Program-made: the position numbers and the translations under genes
In this document: positions 1-9,568 of the stretch, piece by piece
Layout of the letters: each line of letters begins with the position of its first letter
Numbering within the stretch: position 1 is the first letter of the stretch
Source of the DNA: Thermoproteota archaeon
GTDB lineage: Archaea > Korarchaeota > Korarchaeia > Korarchaeales > Korarchaeaceae
Direction: 5' to 3'
NCBI GenBank assembly: GCA_027491735.1
Contig: JAOZGP010000029.1
Span: 1-32,088 of the forward strand
Length of the DNA: 32,088 nt
The notes under the pieces: model-generated
Database searches by the model: none
Seen by the model: the letters and a program-made list of their open reading frames with translations, nothing else
What the model was told of the DNA's origin: nothing

Positions 1-213
1 GAGGAGTGCCGGATCTGTCCTTACAGGCACATATGTGGAACGCCCTGTCCGGCAGAGGTGTATGCTGAGAACGGCAGCATGTTTGAAAAGAGTCCCTACT
101 GCGATTTCTACAGGAAAGTGATAGAGCATGCATTTAAAGTGATTGCTGAAGGAAAGGCAAAGTACGTCATAAGGGAGGGAGTAATGAGGACGAAGTATCG
201 CATTGAGGTGTAG
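1..213 (+). CDS. C-terminal part (5'-truncated by window) of a radical SAM/SPASM enzyme, CbpB-like peptide-modifying family
   Basis: Hand translation of frame +1: EECRICPYRHICGTPCPAEVYAENGSMFEKSPYCDFYRKVIEHAFKVIAEG...YRIEV*. CxxCxxxxxCxxxC...C is the SPASM pattern; RHxCGxPCPAE resembles CbpB (from memory). Not in the ORF track. Confidence 0.8.
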   Translation, partial: EECRICPYRHICGTPCPAEVYAENGSMFEKSPYCDFYRKVIEHAFKVIAEGKAKYVIREGVMRTKYRIEV

Positions 214-426
214 TATCATACTTGGTTAGTTAGATTAAAGATCGATATAAAAATAATTGACAGCATGAAAGTATATTGTCTCAGTATATGTGCTCTAAAA
301 GACTTAATCCAGTAGATTTGGGAGCTATTCATCTGGAAGTGCTTAAATATAGCCACCTTACGAACATCTGAGGCATCTCTAACAGAAAACGCTGAGAGGT
401 CTTTAACTCAACCCCGCCCGATGTAA

Positions 427-437
427 TTTTTATATTC
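427..437 (+). promoter_or_regulatory. TATA box of the membrane-protein gene (probably leaderless transcript)
   Basis: TTTTTATATT about 20-30 nt upstream of ATG 458; no SD. Confidence 0.55.
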
Positions 438-457
438 AGGTTAACACACTTCTTCAT

Positions 458-1249
458 ATGAAGGTCGTGACGAATGCCACTCACGAGTTGAGGAGAGGAT
501 TGAACAGGCTGAAGCTTGGAGCCCTCTTCTACATCACAGCCTTTATCTTAGCATTTGTGGGAATTGCCGCCATATTTTCCTTGCCTGGAGTGTTCTCTCT
601 TATAACTCAGAGCTTCTCGGAAGAACTTTCAGGATCCCCAGCTCTTCCTGGGCTCCCTGGATATACACCGAGGGCTCCTCTCATCGCGATCCATCCGAAG
701 TTACTCGCTGTCCTGGGAGTCAGCGCCCTCCTTCTGCTGATCGCTGGAATTCTTGGAGTAATCTCCTTTGTGCTCTGGTTCATGGCCACAGGGGACCTGA
801 AGAGATACAGGAAGAGGCTTGGAATAGGGAGAACTGGTATGATCCTGCAGATCCTAGCTGTGATAATAATTATCGTCTGTGTGGTCGGCCTTATCGCGTT
901 CTCAGCCGTCTCAGCAGGGCAGCTGATCTTCGAGAAACCCTTGTTCGGCGCATCCACCGTAATGATGGTCTTAGGAGTTCTCGGTGTCGTCGTAATAGGA
1001 GCGATATTAGCGATCATAGGGAGCATAATGTTCGGTTTGATGCTCATGAGGATGCCTGAAGAGGGTCTGGACAGCGGATTCAAGAAGGCAGGCATCATCT
1101 ACTTGGTGGGTATGGTGACCTCTCTGATACCCTTCGTGAGCCTTATCTCCTGGATATTAGATCTGACCTCGGCCGTTCTCGTATATAGGAGCTCAAAGAG
1201 AAGCCTGGAGTCCTTGCATGAGGGCACCTCCTTCCTGTTAGAAGGCTAA
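458..1249 (+). CDS. Multi-pass membrane protein, DUF973-like
   Basis: About 6 hydrophobic segments; GLNRLKLGAL near the N-terminus and GFKKAGIIYLVG...ISWIL near the C-terminus resemble archaeal DUF973/DUF996. Confidence 0.7.
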   Translation: MKVVTNATHELRRGLNRLKLGALFYITAFILAFVGIAAIFSLPGVFSLITQSFSEELSGSPALPGLPGYTPRAPLIAIHPKLLAVLGVSALLLLIAGILGVISFVLWFMATGDLKRYRKRLGIGRTGMILQILAVIIIIVCVVGLIAFSAVSAGQLIFEKPLFGASTVMMVLGVLGVVVIGAILAIIGSIMFGLMLMRMPEEGLDSGFKKAGIIYLVGMVTSLIPFVSLISWILDLTSAVLVYRSSKRSLESLHEGTSFLLEG

Positions 1250-1410
1250 ACCGCTCTATTTTTACTTCAGAATCGAGGTGAGCGAACGCTTGGGTACCTG
1301 ACAGACATCGCAATCCTTGGACGTCGTGTGGAACCGTATTCGTCTGAGGTGATGATTGCTGAGAATGTTCGCGAGTGAGCATCCGACAGGTTAGGCAGGT
1401 TCACCTGACC

Positions 1411-1451
1411 AGAAGGCTTATATCATAGAGACGCCAGGACACTGTAGGTGA
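1411..1451 (+). promoter_or_regulatory. aro operon promoter (BRE + TATA) and SD
   Basis: AGAAGG-CTTATATC (1411-1424), then AGGTGA (1446-1451) 4 nt before ATG 1456. Confidence 0.6.
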
Positions 1452-2447
1452 GATCATGCGCCAATTTCAGAGGTTGATGTCCCGCCAATATCATCTTTAG
1501 ATCTCCTTACCATAAGGAAGATCCTCTGGAGAGCCATTAATGAAAACCAGCTCCTCATTCTTCGATCCATAGCTAGATCGAATGGTAGAACAATAACCTC
1601 TGTTCTGACAGAGATATCCAGATCTGAGGGGGTCCCTCTCTCAACTCTGAAGCTGAACTCCAAGATACTCAAGGAACTCGGGCTCATAGAGTATGGAGGA
1701 GGAAGGCCCGCCAGGCTTACAAACTCAGGCCTCAGCGTGCTCAAGCTAATGGACGACGACTTCCTCAGAACAGTGAGGAGGATCTCCGATAAGCTAGGAG
1801 GAAATCACATCTATTCCTCTCTGTCATGTGCTGATATCCTGAGAGCCATCTTTCACGTGAAGGATAAGAACGATGTGGTGCTCCTCAGCAAGGGCCACGC
1901 TGCACCAGCTCTCTACGCAGTTTTAATGGAGATGGGATTGATCGATGAGGAGGAGATCGAAAAAGCGGGAACCCCATCCTCAAGGCTGCAGACCCATCCG
2001 GAGAGAGGAACTCCTGGAGTCCTTCTTTCCTCAGGATCACTAGGTCAAGGCCTTTCCATGGCTAACGGGATAGCTCTGGCCGCTAAGATGGATGGAGTTC
2101 GAAGGAGGATTTTTGTGGTGCTGGGGGATGGCGAGCTTGATGAGGGACAGATCTGGGAGGCCGCTGCCACAACAGCCACCTATGAGTTGAACAACGTGAT
2201 AGCTATCGTGGACAGAAACGGACGACAGCTCACCGGACCCACACACGAGATCAAGATCAAGGAACCCCTGGCTGGTAGATGGTCCGCTTTTGGGTGGAGG
2301 CCAGTTGAGTGCTCTGGAAGTCCTGAGGAAGAGATTCTGAGAGCTATTGATCTAGCTGAAGAGACTGGAAGACCTACTGTTCTCATATTCAGGGCGGTGA
2401 ATGTGCATGAGGAGCTTCAGAGACGCCTTTGGAGAGGAGCTTGTTAG
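1452..2447 (+). CDS. Winged-HTH domain fused to transketolase N-terminal (TPP-binding) subunit; true start unresolved (ORF track starts at GTG 1737)
   Basis: Frame open from 1452 (after TGA 1449-1451). ...NENQLLILRSI...TITSVLTEISRSEGVPLSTLKLNSKILKELGLIEYGGGRPARLTNSG (wHTH) runs into GNHIYSSLS, SKGHAAPALY, SGSLGQG and GDGELDEG...N (TPP motif). Confidence 0.8.
   Translation, partial: DHAPISEVDVPPISSLDLLTIRKILWRAINENQLLILRSIARSNGRTITSVLTEISRSEGVPLSTLKLNSKILKELGLIEYGGGRPARLTNSGLSVLKLMDDDFLRTVRRISDKLGGNHIYSSLSCADILRAIFHVKDKNDVVLLSKGHAAPALYAVLMEMGLIDEEEIEKAGTPSSRLQTHPERGTPGVLLSSGSLGQGLSMANGIALAAKMDGVRRRIFVVLGDGELDEGQIWEAAATTATYELNNVIAIVDRNGRQLTGPTHEIKIKEPLAGRWSAFGWRPVECSGSPEEEILRAIDLAEETGRPTVLIFRAVNVHEELQRRLWRGAC
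1456..1500 (+). other. 14-codon upstream ORF MRQFQRLMSRQYHL* (leader peptide, or frameshifted 5' end of the next gene)
   Basis: SD-preceded ATG 1456 and TAG 1498-1500; overlaps the long open frame 1452-2447, which is the -1 frame. Confidence 0.45.
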
Positions 2448-3324
2448 GATCGGGGAGTCCAAGCCGGATCTTGTGGTCCTTGACGTTGACGTCTCGACAT
2501 CTACGAGGACGAGGATGTTCGCCACCAGATTTCCAAGGAGGTTCATACAGCTCGGCATAAGCGAGCAGGATGCTGTCTCCACGGCTGCTGGCCTAGCAGT
2601 AGCTGGAAAGATCCCTGTCCTGGCTGGCTTTGCCATGTTCCTGATGAGGGCCTGGGAACAGATCAGAAACACAATCTCCAGAGATAATCTCAACGTGAAG
2701 ATAGCTGGAACGCATTCCGGTTTCTCAGACCATGTGGATGGATCCTCACATCAGTGCCTCGAGGACATAGCCCTGATGAGGGTTCTGCCCAACTTCACAG
2801 TGGTGTGTCCCGCGGATGCTCAGGCCACGAGGTGCCTCCTGAGCCAGGTCGTCGAGAGAACAGGCCCATGCTATCTGAGGCTTGGAAGAGACAATGCCTC
2901 GAGCATCTATGATCAGGAGAAACTCGAGCTCGGCAAAGCGAGTATCCTGGCGGATGGAAGCGATGTCTCCCTGATATCCTGCGGGCCTACTCTTGGAATA
3001 TGTCTCGAAGCCGTTGAGGAGCTTAGGTCCAAGGGCTTCAGCTGTCTCGTGTTGGATCTGCACACAATAAAACCTCTGGATGATCACAGCATCGTTCAGG
3101 CAGCAGACACAAACGGTATAGTTGTTGTGGAGGAGCACAGAGTCCAAGGAGGGCTGGGCAGTGCCGTTGCTGAAGTGGTGTCCGAGAGAAAACCCGCCAG
3201 AATCGTGAGAATAGGTGTCAGAGATGGTTTCGGGACATGTTCCAGGAGGTACGAGGACCTGCTGAGTCTCCACGGGATAACAAAGGAGAGCATCATAAGG
3301 GCAGTGGAGGCGTTGATGAGATGA
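2407..3324 (+). CDS. Transketolase C-terminal subunit
   Basis: [45 protein letters not shown]...GGLGSAVAE. Confidence 0.93.
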   Translation: MRSFRDAFGEELVRIGESKPDLVVLDVDVSTSTRTRMFATRFPRRFIQLGISEQDAVSTAAGLAVAGKIPVLAGFAMFLMRAWEQIRNTISRDNLNVKIAGTHSGFSDHVDGSSHQCLEDIALMRVLPNFTVVCPADAQATRCLLSQVVERTGPCYLRLGRDNASSIYDQEKLELGKASILADGSDVSLISCGPTLGICLEAVEELRSKGFSCLVLDLHTIKPLDDHSIVQAADTNGIVVVEEHRVQGGLGSAVAEVVSERKPARIVRIGVRDGFGTCSRRYEDLLSLHGITKESIIRAVEALMR

Positions 3325-4073
3325 GGAGAAAGATAGTCGAAGTTGAGGGTGTAAGGATCGGAGAGAAGTTCGTTGTCATAGCTGGCCCCTGCTCCGTGGA
3401 GAGCGAGGAGCAGATCATGACCGCTGCTGAGATCGTTAAGAGAGCTGGCGCTGATCTGCTGAGAGGAGGGGCTTTCAAGCCGAGAACTTCTCCGAGATCA
3501 TTCCAAGGACTTGGAGAGGAGGGTCTTAAGCTCCTCAGGAGGGCTGGAGACTCTTTTGGACTCCCAATAGTGACGGAGGTCCTGGATCCGAGGCACGTCT
3601 CCTTGGTATCCAGGTACGCGGACATGTTGCAGATAGGTGCCAGAAACATGCAGAACTTTCCCCTCTTGAGGGAAGTAGGAAAATCAGGCATGCCGGTCCT
3701 TCTTAAGAGAGGTTTTGCAAGTACAGTAGAGGAGTGGCTCTCTGCAACCGAATACATCCTGATGGAGGGTGATGAGGAGATAGTGCTGTGTGAAAGAGGG
3801 ATAAGAACCTTCAGCTCCTCTACGAGGTTTACCCTGGACATCTCCGTTGTGCCCGTGTTGAGAGAGTTTACGGCTCTTCCAGTGATAGTAGATCCTTCTC
3901 ATGCCGCTGGAAGAAGGGAAATCGTTCCTCCCCTCGCTAAAGCTGCTAAAGCTGTGGGAGCTGATGGTATAATGGTGGAGGTTCATCCCAACCCAGACGA
4001 GGCTCTCTCAGATGGCAGACAAAGCCTCACGCTTGAGCAGTTCGAGAGACTCATGAGGGAGATGAGAAAATGA
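3321..4073 (+). CDS. aroF: 3-deoxy-7-phosphoheptulonate (DAHP) synthase, type I-beta, no regulatory domain
   Basis: [47 protein letters not shown]; ATGA overlap with the upstream gene. Confidence 0.95.
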   Translation: MRRKIVEVEGVRIGEKFVVIAGPCSVESEEQIMTAAEIVKRAGADLLRGGAFKPRTSPRSFQGLGEEGLKLLRRAGDSFGLPIVTEVLDPRHVSLVSRYADMLQIGARNMQNFPLLREVGKSGMPVLLKRGFASTVEEWLSATEYILMEGDEEIVLCERGIRTFSSSTRFTLDISVVPVLREFTALPVIVDPSHAAGRREIVPPLAKAAKAVGADGIMVEVHPNPDEALSDGRQSLTLEQFERLMREMRK

Positions 4074-5089
4074 GACTTGTTGTCGGGAGGGGGGTTCTCG
4101 ACTCCCTAAGAGAGGAGGTGTCTCGCTTCAATCCTCACTCCGTCTTTCTCGTCACCGATGATGTGGTGGCTGAACTCCACTCAGATAGGGTTCTTGAAGC
4201 CCTCGGTGATGTTAGATGCCTGGTTCTAGGCTCCGGTGAGGAGATAAAGTCCTTAGATGTTCTGAAGAGGATCTGGAGGTGGCTTTTCAGATTTGGAGCT
4301 TCCAGAAAGAGCTTGTTGGTGGCCCTGGGAGGGGGAACCGTTCTGGATGTAGGAGGTTTCGCTGCCTCCACCTACATGAGGGGTATGCTCCTAGCCAACG
4401 TGCCCACCACCCTCCTAGCTCAGGCGGACGCTGCGGTTGGAGGGAAGAACGGCGTGAACTACCTTGGGAAGAACATTATAGGAGGCTTCTACGATCCCCA
4501 TCTAGTGGTCATCGATGTTTCTTTTCTTGAGACATTGAAAAGAGATTCTCTGCTCTCCGGTTTAGCTGAGATAATAAAGCATGGCGTCGTGGGGGATGAG
4601 GAAATCTTCTCCCTTATCGAGAGAAAGGGCTTCTCAGTTCTTGAGGAGGATTCTGAGTTCCTCGTGAGAAGGAGCATCGAGGTGAAGATGAGAGTCGTTT
4701 CAAGAGACCCAAGAGAGGAGAAAGGGATCAGGATGATTCTCAACCTCGGACATACCGTAGGGCATGCTCTCGAGCTGCTGTCTCGATACTCCATCCAACA
4801 TGGTTTTGCCGTCGCTATTGGAATGGTCGTCAGCTGTCTGATCGCTGAGGAGGTCAACGGATTTCAAGAAGCGGACAGGGTTATCAGGCTCTTGGAGAAT
4901 GTCGGGCTCCCTACTAGGTTTGAACTCAGTTCTAAGAGCATTGGGAGGGTTATATCTCTCATGAAGCGGGATAAGAAGGCCTGGAGGGGAGGAATAGTCA
5001 TGGTCCTCCCTGTGAGGATCGGGAGGGTTGAGATCAGATGTGTGAAGGAGGATCGGGTGAGGAAGGCTTTGAGGATGGTCCTTTCATGA
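4070..5089 (+). CDS. aroB: 3-dehydroquinate synthase
   Basis: [64 protein letters not shown]. Confidence 0.95.
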   Translation: MRLVVGRGVLDSLREEVSRFNPHSVFLVTDDVVAELHSDRVLEALGDVRCLVLGSGEEIKSLDVLKRIWRWLFRFGASRKSLLVALGGGTVLDVGGFAASTYMRGMLLANVPTTLLAQADAAVGGKNGVNYLGKNIIGGFYDPHLVVIDVSFLETLKRDSLLSGLAEIIKHGVVGDEEIFSLIERKGFSVLEEDSEFLVRRSIEVKMRVVSRDPREEKGIRMILNLGHTVGHALELLSRYSIQHGFAVAIGMVVSCLIAEEVNGFQEADRVIRLLENVGLPTRFELSSKSIGRVISLMKRDKKAWRGGIVMVLPVRIGRVEIRCVKEDRVRKALRMVLS

Positions 5090-5706
5090 TATGCGTCTCT
5101 GCTCCAGGAGGAAAGGTCCAAGAGGCTGCTTTGAGATATCCCAGTCATCTGGTGGAGGCCAGACTCGATCTGGGAGGATCTCCAGATGACTTGAGAGGAA
5201 TCGAGAGAAGGACAATGATAACGATAAGGAGAAGGGAGGAGTGGGGATCCTGGAGGTGGGGTGAGGAGGAGAGAAAGGCCCTCATGAGAAGGGCGATCGA
5301 CCTGAATCCAAGGTATGTGGATCTGGAGATCTCCAGCGCCATCTACGATCTCATCGATGAGGCAAGGGATAGATCCGTAGGCGTGGTTGCCTCGATACAT
5401 CTGGGCAGGAGTGATTGGAACCTCCTCCTCTCCCTTCAAAGGAAGGCCATCTCCTCCGGGGCGGAGGTGTTCAAGGCGGTGATCACCCCCTCCTGCATAG
5501 GAGATTGTGTTAAGATGATGACCATGACAGCAAGCTCTAAGATACCAATGGTGGGGATATGTTTGGGTGAGCTCGGCGTCATCACCAGGTTCGCTGCGCC
5601 TCTTGTGAGATCCCCCTTCACATACGCCTCCCCATGGAGACTGGCTCCTGGACAGCCAACCCCCGAGGAGCTCGAGGAGGTGTGGAGGTCATGGGATCTG
5701 ATGTGA
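5086..5706 (+). CDS. aroD: Type I 3-dehydroquinate dehydratase
   Basis: VEARLD, ITIRRREEWG, YVDLE, ASIH, VFK, MVGICLGELGVITR, APGQ; position in the operon. Confidence 0.88.
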   Translation: MICVSAPGGKVQEAALRYPSHLVEARLDLGGSPDDLRGIERRTMITIRRREEWGSWRWGEEERKALMRRAIDLNPRYVDLEISSAIYDLIDEARDRSVGVVASIHLGRSDWNLLLSLQRKAISSGAEVFKAVITPSCIGDCVKMMTMTASSKIPMVGICLGELGVITRFAAPLVRSPFTYASPWRLAPGQPTPEELEEVWRSWDLM

Positions 5707-6494
5707 TATTGGGAGTCATGGGGGACCCCGTGGATCACTCCCTCAGCCCCAAGATGCATAACGCTGCGTTGAGATTCCTGGGATTAAGTGGAATATACAC
5801 GAAATTCAAGGTGACGATTCAAGAGCTCCCCAGAGCTCTGGACTCCGTCAGATGTCTGGGAATAAGGGGCGTGAACCTCACGATGCCCCTCAAGCTGGAG
5901 GCCCTCCGGCACCTGGATTCCATCGATGAAAGAGCTTATGAGTGTGGTGCTGTGAACACAGTCCTGAACGAGAAGGGATATCTAAAGGGGTTTAACACGG
6001 ACGTGAGTGGCTTCGTTGATTCCCTTAGGGAAGCTCCGAGGATGGCTGTTGTCCTGGGATCGGGAGGCGCAGCTTCGGCGGTCCTGTTGGCGCTCTCCGA
6101 CTTGGGATCCGAGCCGATCGTCATGGGGAGGACTAAGAGGAAGGTAGAGCTTCTGGCTCGGAGGTTCGGAGCCAAGCCGATGAGCTTTAATCCTCAGGCT
6201 CTCACGAAGATCGAGTGGGATCTCCTGGTTAACGCTACCCCCCTGGGTATGAGAGGATTTCCTGCCTTGGATATACCTCTTGAGGCCCTCAAACCTGGAA
6301 GAACTGTTTTTGATCTGGTATACAGTCCGAGAGAGACTGCCCTTCTGAAGCTTGCCAGGAGAAGAGGATGCCGCGTCATAGAGGGGCTGGAGCTCCTTGT
6401 CAACCAGGGCGCCAGGAGCTTCCGCTTATGGACCGGAATGAAACCACCTCTGCAGGTCATGAGGGAGGCTGTTGGACTTGAGAGGTGTTGGTGA
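5691..6494 (+). CDS. aroE: Shikimate dehydrogenase
   Basis: GDPVDHSLSPKMHN, NLTMPLK, GAVNT, NTD, GSGGAA, NATPLGM, DLVYSP, QG. Start is ATG 5691 or GTG 5703. Confidence 0.95.
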   Translation: MGSDVILGVMGDPVDHSLSPKMHNAALRFLGLSGIYTKFKVTIQELPRALDSVRCLGIRGVNLTMPLKLEALRHLDSIDERAYECGAVNTVLNEKGYLKGFNTDVSGFVDSLREAPRMAVVLGSGGAASAVLLALSDLGSEPIVMGRTKRKVELLARRFGAKPMSFNPQALTKIEWDLLVNATPLGMRGFPALDIPLEALKPGRTVFDLVYSPRETALLKLARRRGCRVIEGLELLVNQGARSFRLWTGMKPPLQVMREAVGLERCW

Positions 6495-7284
6495 GGCTTA
6501 CGGAGCTATAACCGTTGTGTGTGGACTTCCCCTCTCCAGGGGAATTGCTCTCGGGGTGGACCTGAAGGTCGAGGCTGAGGTCGAGCTGACGGAAGAATGC
6601 TGCGAGGAGATGACCTCCTGGGTGAGGGGGCGCAGAGTTGTGATGGGTGAGGCGCTCTTGAAAGGTTTGCGCAGAATTCTCAAGTTCTTTGGGTTTGAAG
6701 GAGGTTTGAAGGCGAAGATCAACTCAGAAATACCTCCAGAGAGAGGACTTAAGAGCAGCAGCGCCGTCTCCAACGCCTTGATATTGGCCGCTATGGAGGC
6801 GCTCGGAGAAAAGCTCGAACCTCTGGAGGTCCTGAGGCTCAGCGTGAAGCTCTCGAGGATGGCCGGCATCACCCTGACCGGAGCCTTGGACGATGCCTGT
6901 GCCTCCCTTCTAGGAGGGCTTTGTGCTGCGGATAGCAAGAGGATGAGGATCATAGCTAGAAAATCCGTTCCCGAGTTTAGTGTGGGAATTCTGGTTCCAA
7001 GGAGGAGAGTTCTCACCTCATCACTTCGAGATGTGAATTTCTCCCTCTATGCCGAGCTTTTTGATCAAATTTTCAGAAGAGCCCTCGAGGGAGACTGGAT
7101 AAAATCCATGACGGAAAACGGTGAAGCTATGTGCAGCGTGCTGGGTTACAGCAGAAGACCCATCACCGAAGCGCTCAGATCCGGAGCTCTAGGAGCCGGG
7201 CTAACAGGAAAGGGACCAGCATTCGCTGCCATCTTTGAGGGAGATGTCGGATGGGGAAATATGGAGACCAGGGTGAGATCTTGA
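6472..7284 (+). CDS. aroK: Archaeal GHMP-family shikimate kinase
   Basis: GAITVV, SEIPPERGLKSSSAVSNA, TLTGALDDACAS, AGLTGKGPA. Confidence 0.92.
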   Translation: MDLRGVGEAYGAITVVCGLPLSRGIALGVDLKVEAEVELTEECCEEMTSWVRGRRVVMGEALLKGLRRILKFFGFEGGLKAKINSEIPPERGLKSSSAVSNALILAAMEALGEKLEPLEVLRLSVKLSRMAGITLTGALDDACASLLGGLCAADSKRMRIIARKSVPEFSVGILVPRRRVLTSSLRDVNFSLYAELFDQIFRRALEGDWIKSMTENGEAMCSVLGYSRRPITEALRSGALGAGLTGKGPAFAAIFEGDVGWGNMETRVRS

Positions 7285-8492
7285 GGATCGTGGTCAGGCC
7301 ATCTGATCTTTCTGGTGAGGTGAGAGCTCCATCATCTAAAAGTCACACCCACAGGGCTTTCTTTGCTGCCCTCCTCTCCAGTGGAAGGAGTCGCATAGAG
7401 GGTGCCCTGAGGTCCGGGGACACTAAGAGAACGCTTGATGCTGTAAGGTCCTTTGGTTCAAAATCCTCCTGGGACGTTGTCGAGGGAGCAGATCCTCTCA
7501 GACCTGCCCATGTGTTCAGTGGTAGATCGGGAACAACTAGGAGAATAGCTTGCGCTGTTGCGTCCCTGATAGACGGAAGAAGCATTATAATGTGCGATCC
7601 TCTGGCGAAGAGGAGGCCAATAGCTCCTCTGCTAGAAGCACTGAGGAGTCTGGGTGCTAGGGTAAGCCTAAATCCTCTGACCGTTGAGGGACCAATAGAG
7701 GGAGGCTCTGTGACGATAGATTGCTCCCTGTCCTCACAGTTTCTCACAGCACTTCTAATCATAGCTCCTTTGGTGGGTATGACGATAAAGGTTGAGAACC
7801 TAGTCTCCAAATCCTATGTTGAGACCACTTTAGAGGTTCTGAGATGCTTCGGCGTCTCTATATCCGGAAAGGACCTGGTATTTGAGATCCCTCTACAGAG
7901 CTACGTTCCATCGATATATAGGGTTCCAGGCGACTTCTCATCCGCTTCCTTCCTTCTAGCAGCTGGAGCATTGTGTGGAAAGGTGAGAGTCGAGAACCTC
8001 TCCTTCAAGCACCCAGATGCGAGGATCGTGGATGTATTGGAGCGGATGGGTGCCCGAGTCAGGAGGGGGGATCGTTGGGTTGAGGTGGAGAGCTCCGGCG
8101 AACTGGAGGGTGTTGAGGTGAACTTGTCCTCCTCGCCGGATCTTCTCCCCATTTTGGCTGTGCTTGGAGCCTTTGCCTCAGGGATCACCGTCCTCAGGGG
8201 TGTTGGACATACTAGATACAAGGAGAGTGATAGGATCAGGTCCATGTCCTTAAACCTGAGAAGAGCGGGAATAGAGGTTAGAGAGCTCTATGATGGGCTT
8301 GTCGTTCGGGGAGGAAGTCCTAGGGGATCCCACTTTCTTTCCTCGGGTGATCACAGGGTAGAGATGGCTATGGTCATCCTGGGGCTTGCTGCTGAGGGAG
8401 AGAGCTCTGTAGAGGGTGTTTTTTACATGGATTCATATCCAGGGTTCTTGAGCGATCTCAGATCGCTGGGAGGGTCGGTATGCTTGGTGTGA
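7281..8492 (+). CDS. aroA: 3-phosphoshikimate 1-carboxyvinyltransferase (EPSP synthase)
   Basis: PSSKSHTHRA, SGTTRR, RRP, SSQFLTALL, PGDFSSA, RYKESDR, GDHR, SYPGF; TTGA overlap start. Confidence 0.95.
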   Translation: MRIVVRPSDLSGEVRAPSSKSHTHRAFFAALLSSGRSRIEGALRSGDTKRTLDAVRSFGSKSSWDVVEGADPLRPAHVFSGRSGTTRRIACAVASLIDGRSIIMCDPLAKRRPIAPLLEALRSLGARVSLNPLTVEGPIEGGSVTIDCSLSSQFLTALLIIAPLVGMTIKVENLVSKSYVETTLEVLRCFGVSISGKDLVFEIPLQSYVPSIYRVPGDFSSASFLLAAGALCGKVRVENLSFKHPDARIVDVLERMGARVRRGDRWVEVESSGELEGVEVNLSSSPDLLPILAVLGAFASGITVLRGVGHTRYKESDRIRSMSLNLRRAGIEVRELYDGLVVRGGSPRGSHFLSSGDHRVEMAMVILGLAAEGESSVEGVFYMDSYPGFLSDLRSLGGSVCLV

Positions 8493-9568
8493 TGTTCAGG
8501 GTATCCCTGTTCGGGGAGAGCCACGGTCCTTGCGTTGGGGTGCTCGTGGAGGGCTGCCCTCCTGGTGTGGAGGTCTCCGAGGAGGAGATGAATAGGGAGC
8601 TTTTGAGGAGATCGAGGGGGTTCATGTCCACCCCGAGAAGAGAGGGAGAGGAGGTCTTCATCGCCTCCGGTGTGTTCAGGGGAAGGACCACAGGAGCGCC
8701 TATAGCGATCTTCCTGAGAAATTCGGACGTGGATTCAAGACCCTATGAGGTTTTCAGAAGGAGACCAAGACCTGGACACGCTGATTACGTTGCAAGGATA
8801 AAATACATGGGATATCACGATCACAGAGGAGGGGGTATCTTCTCTGGGAGGATCACCGCTGGGCTTGTCGCCGCTGGGTCGATAGCAAGGTCTCTCTTGA
8901 GAATGTGGGGGATAAAGATCGCTGCTCACACTGTTCAAGTTGGAAGGAGTAGGGTTGAGGGAGAGCTCAGCTTTGAGGAGGTGATAAAGGCCGAGAAGAG
9001 CCCTGTCAGATGTGTTGATCCTGAAAAATCGAAGGAAATGATGGAAGAGATAACCAGAGCTTCTGAAGAGGAAGATAGCGTTGGAGGGGTGGCTGAGGTC
9101 CTCGCCGTAGGTCTCCCAGTTGGGTTGGGGGAACCTCCGATCGACACACTGGACGGAGATCTATGCAAGGCCATAATGATGGTGCCGGGGGTTAAGGGGA
9201 TCGAGTTCGGAGATGGGTTCAAGATGGCCGAGATGCGGGGGAGTGAGGCCAACGATCCTATCGTCCTCAGGGATGGGAGGATTGCCACCAAAACCAATCG
9301 GTCAGGGGGAGTGAACGGTGGAATCAGCAACGGAATGCCTCTTAGGATCCGGGTAGCGTTCAGACCAACACCTTCCATAAGAAAAGAGCAGAGAACTGTC
9401 GATCTGGACTCCATGAGGGAGGTATCTTTGAAGATCGAAGGTAGATACGACTCCTGTATAGTCCCAAGGGCCGTCCCGGTCCTGGAGTCCGTGGTCGCCA
9501 TCGTGCTCGCTGATCACCTCCTGAGGTGGTTGTCTTGGATGAAGTTCTCAGGATCAGGGACAAGATAG
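8480..9568 (+). CDS. aroC: Chorismate synthase
   Basis: FGESHG, TTGAPI, RPGHADY, RGGG-SGR, DSVGG, GGISNG, PTPSI, GRYDSCIVPRA. Confidence 0.95.
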   Translation: MLGVMFRVSLFGESHGPCVGVLVEGCPPGVEVSEEEMNRELLRRSRGFMSTPRREGEEVFIASGVFRGRTTGAPIAIFLRNSDVDSRPYEVFRRRPRPGHADYVARIKYMGYHDHRGGGIFSGRITAGLVAAGSIARSLLRMWGIKIAAHTVQVGRSRVEGELSFEEVIKAEKSPVRCVDPEKSKEMMEEITRASEEEDSVGGVAEVLAVGLPVGLGEPPIDTLDGDLCKAIMMVPGVKGIEFGDGFKMAEMRGSEANDPIVLRDGRIATKTNRSGGVNGGISNGMPLRIRVAFRPTPSIRKEQRTVDLDSMREVSLKIEGRYDSCIVPRAVPVLESVVAIVLADHLLRWLSWMKFSGSGTR

